The notes beneath the pieces are model-generated. The model did not search any database. It was given only the letters and a program-made list of their open reading frames with translations, and was not told the origin of the DNA. This document shows, piece after piece, positions 10,106 through 18,286 of a stretch of 64,000 nucleotides of DNA (positions within the stretch are counted from its first letter, which is position 1; each line of letters begins with the position of its first letter). The position numbers and the translations under genes were made by a program. Source of the DNA: Bacteroidales bacterium (GTDB lineage: Bacteria > Bacteroidota > Bacteroidia > Bacteroidales > Paludibacteraceae); NCBI GenBank assembly GCA_012519425.1, contig JAAYQF010000011.1, forward strand, positions 10,658 through 74,657, in the 5' to 3' direction.

Positions 10106-10756
10106 ATGAATGACGATATCGATCAGCGTGAAGCCAGATTAAAAGTGATGGAGCGTATCGCGGGGAAAAATAATTTTCGTGCTGATGTGATGGCTGCTAT
10201 GGAAGCTGTGGAACGCCATAAGTTTATTGCCGAACACCAGCAAGAGAAGGCTTATCGTGATAAGCCATTACCTATTGATGCCGGTCAGACTATTTCTCAA
10301 ATCACGACGGTGGCAGCACAAACCAATTTGTTGAATCTGCAAAAGGGACAAAAAGTATTGGAGATAGGTACCGGAAGTGGCTATCAAACCGCCATTTTGC
10401 TCGAATTGGGATATGAAGTCTATAGCATGGAACGTATTGAGAAGTTGCATTTATTGGCGCGGGAGAATCTGAGAAAAACCGGCTATGACAAAGCTGTGCT
10501 GGTGCATGGAGACGGATTTGAAGGTTTGCCACAATACGCGCCTTACGACGGTATTTTGATTACTTGTGCGGCTCCTGAGATACCTGAAAAGTTGAAGAAA
10601 CAATTAGCGATTGGCGGTAGAATGGTAGTTCCGGTAGGGGTTTACCTGCAAAAAATGACAGTCGTAGAAAGAATCAGTGAAGATGATTATCATACTTCCT
10701 TTGAAGGACATTATCATTTTGTACCGATGTTAAAAGGTAAAATCAGTGATGTTTAG
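10106..10756 (+). CDS. pcm: Protein-L-isoaspartate O-methyltransferase
   Basis: AYRDKPLPIDAGQTISQ, VLEIGTGSGYQ, HGDGFEG, GGRMVVPVG. Confidence 0.95.
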   Translation: MNDDIDQREARLKVMERIAGKNNFRADVMAAMEAVERHKFIAEHQQEKAYRDKPLPIDAGQTISQITTVAAQTNLLNLQKGQKVLEIGTGSGYQTAILLELGYEVYSMERIEKLHLLARENLRKTGYDKAVLVHGDGFEGLPQYAPYDGILITCAAPEIPEKLKKQLAIGGRMVVPVGVYLQKMTVVERISEDDYHTSFEGHYHFVPMLKGKISDV

Positions 10757-10819
10757 GCTGAAAACACTTGGGCAAACTGTAAAATAGACAAGCAAAAGGT
10801 AAAATTCAATAATGATCAT

Positions 10820-12337
10820 ATGAAGTTGTTTACTGCGGATAAGATTCGTGAACTTGATCAATACACGATTCAGCATGAACCGATTGCCTCTATAGATTTG
10901 ATGGAACGGGCTGCCGATGCATTGTTCGAAGTTATCCTCTCCATGTATCCGGTTACGGGAACGAAGTTTTGCATTTTTGCAGGACCGGGCAATAATGGCG
11001 GAGATGCCCTGGCACTTGCACGTAAAATGCAATTGTTGCCTTATGAGGTGCAAATCCATTTGTTTGGTGCAGATAATTTTTCTGAAGATTGCATAACCAA
11101 TAAGAATAGATTGATACAGCAATATCCGCATCTGTTGACCGAGCATAAGTATACTTTTGCTGAACCCGAAATTCATGAAGACACTATAATTATTGATGGT
11201 CTTTTTGGTTCAGGATTAAATCGACCGCTTACAGGTATTTATGCTGATGTGATTGACTTTATCAATAAGACAAAAAACACTGTTATTGCCATTGATATTC
11301 CTTCAGGACTCTTTGCTGAAGGTTGCCATTGTGGTGAGACGCCTGTTGTGAAAGCTGATCATACCTTGAGCTTTCAGTTTCCAAAACTGGCGTTTTTCTT
11401 TCGGGAAAATGAAAGTATTGTGGGTGATTGGTCTGTGTTGGATATAGGCTTACATCCGCAAGGTATTGAAAATACGGATACCAATTATCATTATCTGGAT
11501 AGATCAGATCTTATTTCTATACTTAGAAAACGAAAAAAGTTTTCGCACAAAGGCACTTATGGGCATTTGGCCTTAATTGCCGGAAGCGAAGGAATGGCAG
11601 GTGCGGCGGTCCTTGCAGCAAGATCAGCTGTTAAATCCGGACTTGGATTGTTGACAGTATGTAGCCTGGAGTGCAATCGGGTAATTGTACAAACGGCTGT
11701 ACCGGAAGCTATTTACTTATCATGCCATTCCAGTGGTTGTTTGGCGACAGGGTTTTCAGAAAACAGGTACGATGCAGTTGCTATTGGTCCGGGATTAGGT
11801 ACGGGAGGTCTAAGTGTACAAATGTTGACCGATTTACTTAATAATTTCAATAAACCTTGTGTGTTTGATGCTGATGCTCTCAACATTATTTCAGAACATA
11901 GGGAGATGCTGAAACACCTTCCTCAGAATAGTATTTTGACTCCTCATCCCAAAGAGTTTGAGAGACTGCTTGGAGAGTCTGTTCAAGATTCTTTTGATGT
12001 CGTGGAGTCAGCTACGGAAATGGCCTGCAAATACCACCTAATCATTGTATTGAAGGGTAGATATACCCGGATTGTGACTCCGGATGGAAATATCTGTTTC
12101 AACAGTACCGGAAACCCGGGCATGGCTACGGGCGGCACTGGCGATGTATTGACCGGTATGATAGGCTCTCTGCTGGCACAAGGATATGAACCGGAAGTAG
12201 CTGCAAAATTAGGAGTATTTCTACATGGAATGGCTGCCGATATAGCTTTGGAATCAGAATCGGAAGAATCATTGATAGCAAGCGATATAATCAATCATTT
12301 AGGTCGGGCATTCAAGCAAGTTTCCAAGACGGAATAA
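10820..12337 (+). CDS. nnr: Bifunctional NAD(P)H-hydrate epimerase/dehydratase
   Basis: GPGNNGGD, DGLFGSG, IDIPSG; HKGTYGH, TPHPKEF, ATGGTGDVLTG. Confidence 0.95.
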   Translation: MKLFTADKIRELDQYTIQHEPIASIDLMERAADALFEVILSMYPVTGTKFCIFAGPGNNGGDALALARKMQLLPYEVQIHLFGADNFSEDCITNKNRLIQQYPHLLTEHKYTFAEPEIHEDTIIIDGLFGSGLNRPLTGIYADVIDFINKTKNTVIAIDIPSGLFAEGCHCGETPVVKADHTLSFQFPKLAFFFRENESIVGDWSVLDIGLHPQGIENTDTNYHYLDRSDLISILRKRKKFSHKGTYGHLALIAGSEGMAGAAVLAARSAVKSGLGLLTVCSLECNRVIVQTAVPEAIYLSCHSSGCLATGFSENRYDAVAIGPGLGTGGLSVQMLTDLLNNFNKPCVFDADALNIISEHREMLKHLPQNSILTPHPKEFERLLGESVQDSFDVVESATEMACKYHLIIVLKGRYTRIVTPDGNICFNSTGNPGMATGGTGDVLTGMIGSLLAQGYEPEVAAKLGVFLHGMAADIALESESEESLIASDIINHLGRAFKQVSKTE

Positions 12338-12362
12338 ATGGTAGTGTTTAGGATGGCGCATT

Positions 12363-12387
12363 CGACCTCGTCCGATGAGCCAAAAAA
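12363..12387 (+). repeat. Repeat-system fragment (5' segment of the 14.9-kb element)
   Basis: CGACCTCGTCCGATGAGCCAAAAAA matches the reverse complement of 15019-15043 at 24/25 nt. Confidence 0.8.
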
Positions 12388-12413
12388 AGAGCCGTTTCAT
12401 TTTGAAACAGCTC
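12382..12413 (-). terminator. Intrinsic terminator of dps (between convergent nnr and dps)
   Basis: GAGCCGTTTCA-TTT-TGAAACAGCTC hairpin with an A7 tract on its left, which is a U-tail on the minus strand. Confidence 0.7.
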
Positions 12414-12460
12414 CTCAGGATTTATCAAGCCTAGAGCAACACTCCGGGCTAATTTAATAT

Positions 12461-12934
12461 TTACGATAGCCACGCTGTATACATCCATACCAATTTCTCC
12501 TGATCCCTGATGTAGTCACTCATTATGGCAGTAGTGCCTTCGTCATTGGCTTTTTCTGCAACTTCAATGACGGTTCTTTCGGCAGCGATCAAATAAGCCA
12601 AGTTGTCCAATACAAGTTTTACTGCTTGTTCTGAACCGGCAACATAGTCACTTTCTTTAAGTTTTGCTACTTTGAGATATGCACTCAAATTATGAGCAGG
12701 AACACCACCTAAAGTGAGGATTCTTTCAGCTATTTCATCAATTTGATCTGCAACTTCGTCGTATAGTTCTTCAAATTTTTGATGCAGAGCAAAGAATTTT
12801 TTTCCCTGTATATTCCAGTGCAAACCGCGAAGGTTGGCGTAAAATACGTGATAGTCTGCTAATAATTGCTGTAATGCATTCACTACTTGATTGGATGCAT
12901 TGGCGTCTAATCTGATAAAATCTAATGTTTTCAT
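12461..12934 (-). CDS. dps: DNA starvation/stationary phase protection protein Dps
   Basis: HWNIQG..FFALHQKFEELYD...DEIAER ferroxidase motif. Confidence 0.96.
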   Translation of the reverse strand: MKTLDFIRLDANASNQVVNALQQLLADYHVFYANLRGLHWNIQGKKFFALHQKFEELYDEVADQIDEIAERILTLGGVPAHNLSAYLKVAKLKESDYVAGSEQAVKLVLDNLAYLIAAERTVIEVAEKANDEGTTAIMSDYIRDQEKLVWMYTAWLS

Positions 12935-12982
12935 ACGTTTTTTATTTAAATTAAATTAATAATACTTTCCAATTAGGTATTG

Positions 12983-13014
12983 CAAATGTAAGAGTTTCTG
13001 TATAAGTCCGCAAA
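12983..13014 (-). promoter_or_regulatory. Bacteroidota promoter of dps (-33/-7)
   Basis: Minus strand TTTG-N20-TACATTTG, an exact match to the consensus TTTG-N19-21-TAnnTTTG. Confidence 0.8.
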
Positions 13015-13116
13015 CAGATAATATGAATGGTGTTATAGAAATAATTTATATCCTTGAGACTTGCTTGTCACGCAAGAAAAAATGTCTGGTTAATGTAGTT
13101 TTGCCACCGTATGAGT

Positions 13117-13147
13117 TTTGTTGTCTGAGTTTGTTTATTTAATTTTG
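13117..13147 (+). promoter_or_regulatory. Bacteroidota promoter of the DUF3078 gene
   Basis: TTTG-N19-TAATTTTG. Confidence 0.7.
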
Positions 13148-13239
13148 CGTCAATTATTTAACGATTTATTTTTACTAGTACATAATTTAATCAGAAATAT
13201 TATAAACACATGAAGTCAATAGAATTTTTTTTAAAGGCG

Positions 13240-14172
13240 ATGAGAAAGGTTATTTATTTAGTTGCAGTATTTCTTTTATCCTCCCAAATTTTGTGTGGTC
13301 AGGTGGTCGAAGGTGAGAAGGATTTGCGTAAACAAACTACTGCTGAGGAAAAAGGTTGGAATACAGGAGCCGTTTTTAGTTTGAATGTTTCCCAAACATC
13401 TTTAACAAATTGGGCAGCAGGAGGACAAAATTCATTTGGAATAAATGGTTTGGCAAGCCTTTATGCTAATTATGGTAAAGGCAATATTTCTTGGGACAAC
13501 AGTTTGGACGTTGGTTACGGTGTTTTGCAGCAAGGTGCGAAAACACCTTTTTTGAAGACAGATGACCGCTTTGATTTGCTTTCAAAATTTGGTCGTAAAG
13601 CCTCAGAAAAGTGGTATTATGCTGCATTACTGAATTTTAAAACACAAATGACGCCGGGATGGGATTATAAAAAAGATCCTAAAGTTAAGATATCTAATTT
13701 GTTAGCGCCTGCCTATGTGCTGGGTGCCGTGGGTGCCGATTATAAGCCGAACAAATACTTTAGTGCGTTTTTATCACCTGTAACAGGTAAAATGACTATT
13801 GTTAATGACACAACTTTGTCTAAACAAGGTGCATTTGGTGTTAAAAAAGGCGAAGTCTTAAAAGGTGAATTTGGTGGTTACGTCAGGGCTGCTTTTACCA
13901 AAAATGATTTTACTCAAGAATTGTTGAAAAATGTTTCGCTGACTTCTAAGTTGGATTTATTCTCTAATTATCTGTACAGGCCGCAAGATGTGGACGTGAG
14001 TTGGGAAAATATCATTGCCCTTCAATTGAATAAATATATCACTGTAAATCTAAATACTCACTTGATTTATGATGCAGATATCTTGTTTGATACAGATAAT
14101 GACGGAATTCCCGATAAGACCAAAGTGCAATTTAAAGAAATATTGGGTGTTGGATTTATGGTTAAGTTCTAA
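13240..14172 (+). CDS. DUF3078 domain outer-membrane protein
   Basis: SQTSLTNWAAGGQNS, KTDDRFDLLSKFG, QFKEILGVG; signal peptide from the second ATG. Confidence 0.88.
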   Translation: MRKVIYLVAVFLLSSQILCGQVVEGEKDLRKQTTAEEKGWNTGAVFSLNVSQTSLTNWAAGGQNSFGINGLASLYANYGKGNISWDNSLDVGYGVLQQGAKTPFLKTDDRFDLLSKFGRKASEKWYYAALLNFKTQMTPGWDYKKDPKVKISNLLAPAYVLGAVGADYKPNKYFSAFLSPVTGKMTIVNDTTLSKQGAFGVKKGEVLKGEFGGYVRAAFTKNDFTQELLKNVSLTSKLDLFSNYLYRPQDVDVSWENIIALQLNKYITVNLNTHLIYDADILFDTDNDGIPDKTKVQFKEILGVGFMVKF

Positions 14173-14255
14173 AGAAAAGCACAAAAGCCGCCAATATGGC
14201 ATAGGTTTTTGCCAGCCAATGACAATGTGGCATATATTTCTTCGTTTTTTATTGA

Positions 14256-14288
14256 AAATGCCGTTGTTTTTGCAACGGCATTTCTTTT
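14256..14288 (+). terminator. Intrinsic terminator after DUF3078
   Basis: AAATGCCGTTG-6nt-CAACGGCATTT followed by CTTTT. Confidence 0.7.
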
Positions 14289-14352
14289 GCAAAAGGAAAG
14301 GCGAGAAACAATAAAATAATAAGTATAATTAAAAATAATAGGAGGAAAAATT

Positions 14353-14793
14353 ATGTCATTAGTTAGATTTTCAAGAAGTTATCCATCTTTGTTCGATCGT
14401 TTTTTTGATAATGATTTTTTCAATTGGTCGAATCAGCATCAGTCACCAATAAACGCAACTTTGCCTTCAGTAAACATTAAGGAAGGCGATAAGAGTTTCG
14501 AAGTTCAAATGGCAGCACCCGGTTTAAAGAAAGAAGATTTTAAAATTGAAATAAACCACAATCTGCTGACCATTTCATCCGAAAACAAGGTTGAAAAAGA
14601 AACGAAAAAGGAAGATGAGTGCTACACTTGCAGAGAGTTCAGCTATCAATCTTTCAGTCGTTCATTCACCTTACCTGACAGTGCTGACAGTGAAAAAATT
14701 TCAGCAAAATATGAAGATGGAATTTTAAACGTCACTATTGGTAAAAAGAAAGAAGCTGTGGTTAAACCGAGCAGATTAATTGATATCAAATAA
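14353..14793 (+). CDS. Hsp20/alpha-crystallin small heat-shock protein
   Basis: PSVNIKE, APGLKKEDF, SFSRSFTLP, YEDGILNV. Confidence 0.95.
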   Translation: MSLVRFSRSYPSLFDRFFDNDFFNWSNQHQSPINATLPSVNIKEGDKSFEVQMAAPGLKKEDFKIEINHNLLTISSENKVEKETKKEDECYTCREFSYQSFSRSFTLPDSADSEKISAKYEDGILNVTIGKKKEAVVKPSRLIDIK

Positions 14794-14823
14794 AGAAGAC
14801 GGTTAAAAATTAAATTTCGAAGA

Positions 14824-14853
14824 GAGCTGCCTCATTTTGAGACAGCTCTTTTT
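14824..14853 (+). terminator. Intrinsic terminator after hsp20
   Basis: GAGCTGCCTCA-TTT-TGAGACAGCTC followed by TTTTT. Confidence 0.75.
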
Positions 14854-14861
14854 GCTTTATC

Positions 14862-15100
14862 ACTTCTCTTCATTTTTTGGCTTGAACCAAAAAACGAAGC
14901 AAAAAAGTTCAAGACTGCGCCCGCTTCGCTCAAAAAATTAGCGCTCGAACAGCTAAATCGTCCAAACTCGCAACTTCGTTGCTCAAACAAGGACGATTCT
15001 TAACGCTGTTCTCACTTATTTTTTGGCTCACCGGACGAGGTCGGTTTGCGTTGTACAACGTAACCCCCGGAACACGCACCGCGTAACTCGTAACTTAACC
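14862..15100 (-). repeat. Repeat-system locus E2: longest copy of the structured element (candidate ncRNA or ssDNA element)
   Basis: Nested inverted repeats (GAACAGC/GCTGTTC, AATCGTCC/GGACGATT, GCAAC-GAA-GTTGC), a 3' pseudoknot and a 5' heptamer tract; partial copies at 8.9, 12.4 and 35.9 kb. Confidence 0.8.
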
Positions 15101-15224
15101 ACTTTTCATTATCACAAAAATGATATTGTTGAATATTCAATGAATAAGTTTTCATGGTTGGTGCAAAAGGTAAAAATATTTTCATCTTTTTACTTTTTGC
15201 GTGCATTTTTTCATTTTAACAAGA

Positions 15225-15232
15225 TACTTTTG
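15225..15232 (+). promoter_or_regulatory. -7 box for the accessory lipoprotein gene
   Basis: TACTTTTG; supports a start downstream of the ORF-track start. Confidence 0.5.
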
Positions 15233-15350
15233 TCCGAGCAAGTTTTTCAAAAAAGACGTTTTAAAAAGAAAGGAGGTTATCCATGGATCCATAAACGAAA
15301 TTATCAGAATGAGTTTGCAACATTTTATTAAACCTTTAAAACCAAAAAAT

Positions 15351-16199
15351 ATGAAAAAAATATTTGTTTCTTTATTCTTTTTCACTCTGCTTTTTTCAGC
15401 ATGCGAAAAGAAAGACAGCGTGCAAAGTAATGAGAATCCAATCACCAACCAAAACATATCTGTTGCAGCAAAGGAGTTGTCGGAGCAGCATGATATCATC
15501 TTAATGGAAATGTTAGCCGCTTGTCAGGAGCAATCCAGGCAGAAAGCTCCGGACTTGAATGATGGTGAAAATCACACTTTCAACCTGGAGCAGGTTTTTG
15601 AAATTATTGAAGCAGTAACCAGTGTCAGACCGGAAATAATTGCCGGAAGCAGTCCGGGCAATCAGTTTAAAATACCGGCCGCTGAAGATAATTTGCCGAC
15701 TTATGACTTTGATCAGGAAGAAATCAATTTGTCTCTGCATGTAAATTCTGTTTTACTTAAGCCATATTTTGATGAAGTGGATTTAATCGTTAATGATTGT
15801 ATGATTGATATAAACGATAAAATTGAGAAGATATCCACTTTGCAACAAGATGTGCAGACAAACAGTGAATTGAGTTATCTTGAACTTGAGAGTTTTATGA
15901 ATTCAACTGAAGTTCTAAAAGGTTCTTTACTGTTGTGGGATGATTTTGTCGATGATGATGATGTTATTAAGAAAAAAAGTAATGGAATTATGTATGCCAA
16001 AAGTCCCACTGAATGGTCTTTGCTCAAAAAGATTGCATTTGTTTCTGCAGCTGATGCAGTAGGGGCTGTTGCAGGAAGTTTTGTGGGCGGTTACATTATT
16101 ATTAAAGGCGTACCTGTGTATATTCCTGCCGGTCCCCAAGGTGCTGCAGCAGGTTTGGCCATACTGTCTTTTGTAGCAGCAAAAATGGTCGGATGGTAA
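15351..16199 (+). CDS. Hypothetical lipoprotein with acidic pro-region and hydrophobic Gly/Ala-rich C-terminus
   Basis: MKKIFVSLFFFTLLFSA-C lipobox after an A-rich translation initiation region; C-terminal AADAVGAVAG...GAAAGLAILSFVAA. Confidence 0.8.
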   Translation: MKKIFVSLFFFTLLFSACEKKDSVQSNENPITNQNISVAAKELSEQHDIILMEMLAACQEQSRQKAPDLNDGENHTFNLEQVFEIIEAVTSVRPEIIAGSSPGNQFKIPAAEDNLPTYDFDQEEINLSLHVNSVLLKPYFDEVDLIVNDCMIDINDKIEKISTLQQDVQTNSELSYLELESFMNSTEVLKGSLLLWDDFVDDDDVIKKKSNGIMYAKSPTEWSLLKKIAFVSAADAVGAVAGSFVGGYIIIKGVPVYIPAGPQGAAAGLAILSFVAAKMVGW

Positions 16200-16444
16200 T
16201 TAAAAGATAAATTATTTGTTTGTTTATTTATTGAGTATCAGCCTGAAAAAGATATTTATTTGTACAAAAATCAGGTGTTCTGATCAGGTTGGTACTCAAT
16301 TTTATGCAGTATTTGTCTTTCATGCCAAAAAACGCATAAAAGCGAGTGAATTATTTTCTTAAAATAGTCATTATTCGTATGATTGGCTTTTAGGCTGATT
16401 GACCGGATAACAAAACAATGTTTAATAAATTATAGTGTTACAGT

Positions 16445-16996
16445 ATGAAAAAATCATGTTTATTATTTGCTCTAATGTTGCTTGTGGGTGCATTATTCGC
16501 ACAAACTAAAATTCCCAAATTTGCTTTGGGTATCAGTTCCGATTTTTTGGTGGTTCCGTTAACCAATCAGAGTTTACAAACGCAACCTGTAGATGTTTAC
16601 GTTTCTTTTGTTCCCACCAAAAATCTGAATTTTAAAGTTGGCTACGACCATGCATTGCTTCTTGATTCACAGTCGAAAATTTATGACAGTCTTTCGGGAT
16701 TGATGGTGGGAGCAGGCTATACCGTTTGGAGAGACCAAAGTGGCATTCTTTCCAGTGAACTCAATTTGTCTTTGAGTGAGTCTTTTAAGGATTTTGCTGC
16801 ATTTAAAAATTATCATGCTGATTTAGGGGTGCGTTTTAACGTTTTTGATGCGTTTTATTTGGGCACAGGCATGAGGTGGAGTCACAATGAATCTACTTTC
16901 GTAACCAACACTCCGACTAATAGCCTGAACTGGTATTTTCAACTTGGATATCAACTATATTTAGGCAAAAAACCAGCATCTGGAAACAAACGCTGA
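16445..16996 (+). CDS. Small outer-membrane beta-barrel protein
   Basis: Signal peptide, alternating amphipathic strands, terminal YFQLGYQLYL. Confidence 0.7.
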   Translation: MKKSCLLFALMLLVGALFAQTKIPKFALGISSDFLVVPLTNQSLQTQPVDVYVSFVPTKNLNFKVGYDHALLLDSQSKIYDSLSGLMVGAGYTVWRDQSGILSSELNLSLSESFKDFAAFKNYHADLGVRFNVFDAFYLGTGMRWSHNESTFVTNTPTNSLNWYFQLGYQLYLGKKPASGNKR

Positions 16997-17033
16997 GGTA
17001 CTGTTGATGAATTAAATCTACTTGTAAAAACGG

Positions 17034-17074
17034 CTGATATGTGTGCGTTTGATTCGTAACGTTACACATATCAG
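17034..17074. terminator. Hairpin between convergent OMP and lptG genes
   Basis: CTGATATGTGT ... ACACATATCAG, an 11-bp perfect stem. Confidence 0.6.
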
Positions 17075-17139
17075 GTGTTTAATGATTTTTTTCTTGTGAC
17101 GACTTCCTTTCCTCGTATATTATATCCTAATGACTCCAA

Positions 17140-18240
17140 CTATTTGGGCGCCGTGTGATACAGATAAGCACCAATGATGAGGAAAATGATGTTGGGCAGC
17201 CAGACGGCAACAAAAGGCGACATGGCGCCACTGACTGAAAAAGAAGATGACATGGTAGAAAACAGAATGTACAGAGCACTCAGCGCCAATCCAATTCCCA
17301 AATGCAGGCCGATTCCTCCCTTTACTTTTCTGGAAGAAAGTGAAACGCCCATCAAAGTCATAATAAAAGCTGCAAGTGGCATGGAAAATCTTTTATGGTA
17401 CTCGTCTTCAAAGGCTTGAGTATTACCGATACCCCTGTTTTTCAGTCTTTCCAAATGTTCTCTCAACTCCCTGTTATTGAGCTGGGCGCTTTCCTTTGAG
17501 GTTATAAAAAATTCTTCAGGCTGCACCTTGATTATTGTGTCCATGGAAACACCCTTTGTGATGCTTTCATGCATTCCGTCAAAGTTTCTCAACAGATATT
17601 CTGATAACTTCCAGTTATAGAGAGTATCCCAGCTAATAGTCTCGGCAGTGAGTCTGGAGGTGAGAATTTTTCCTTCAAACTTTTCTAATGAGAACCTGTA
17701 ACCTTTATTTTGTGTTTTTTCAAAACGCTCAATGTACATGATAACGCCGGGTTCAATTTCCATTTGGATATTACGGGCATAATCAGTTTTGAATTTTTTG
17801 ATGTAATCGTTTTCAAATGCCAATAATTTTTCGTTGGACCTTGGAATTACGTACCCACCTAAAAAGAACGACATCAAACAGATAAGAGCTGCTGAAAGAA
17901 AATATGGTTTCATCAATCGTCTGAAACTGATGCCACTTGCAAGCATGGCGACAATTTCACTATTGGCAGCCATTTTAGAAGTGAAAAATATAACCGAAAT
18001 AAAGGTGAACAGCGGGGTAAACATGTTCATGTAAAACGGAATGAAATTCAAATAATAGTCGAAAATGATGGCTCGGACCGGAGCGTTATTATCAAAGAAT
18101 TCATCCAATTTTTCGGTCAGGTCGAAAATAACGGCAATACTTAAAATCAGCACTATGGAGAAAAAGAAAGTACCCAGAAACTTTTTAATGATATAAGTAT
18201 CTATCCTTTTTAATCCTATTTTCTGATAATCAAATGCCAT
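17140..18240 (-). CDS. lptG: LptF/LptG family LPS export permease
   Basis: IDTYIIKKFLGTFF, NSEIVAMLASGISFRRL, VAVWLPNIIF; start placed at the internal ATG (MAFDY). Confidence 0.88.
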   Translation of the reverse strand: MAFDYQKIGLKRIDTYIIKKFLGTFFFSIVLILSIAVIFDLTEKLDEFFDNNAPVRAIIFDYYLNFIPFYMNMFTPLFTFISVIFFTSKMAANSEIVAMLASGISFRRLMKPYFLSAALICLMSFFLGGYVIPRSNEKLLAFENDYIKKFKTDYARNIQMEIEPGVIMYIERFEKTQNKGYRFSLEKFEGKILTSRLTAETISWDTLYNWKLSEYLLRNFDGMHESITKGVSMDTIIKVQPEEFFITSKESAQLNNRELREHLERLKNRGIGNTQAFEDEYHKRFSMPLAAFIMTLMGVSLSSRKVKGGIGLHLGIGLALSALYILFSTMSSSFSVSGAMSPFVAVWLPNIIFLIIGAYLYHTAPK

Positions 18241-18286
18241 GAAATTGTATGTTTCGTTGCCGGAACTTATTTGTGTTTTGACATAA

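Noticed and set aside
14197-14212. Sigma-54 promoter upstream of hsp20 (TGGCATAGGTTTTTGC)
   Set aside because: The GG-to-GC spacing is one base longer than the strict -24/-12 geometry.
15012-15499. Overlapping ORFs 15012-15206, 15023-15331, 15182-15499 and the 15201 start of the lipoprotein
   Set aside because: They overlap the structured element and AT-rich promoter DNA; the signal peptide and -7 box place the real start at 15351.
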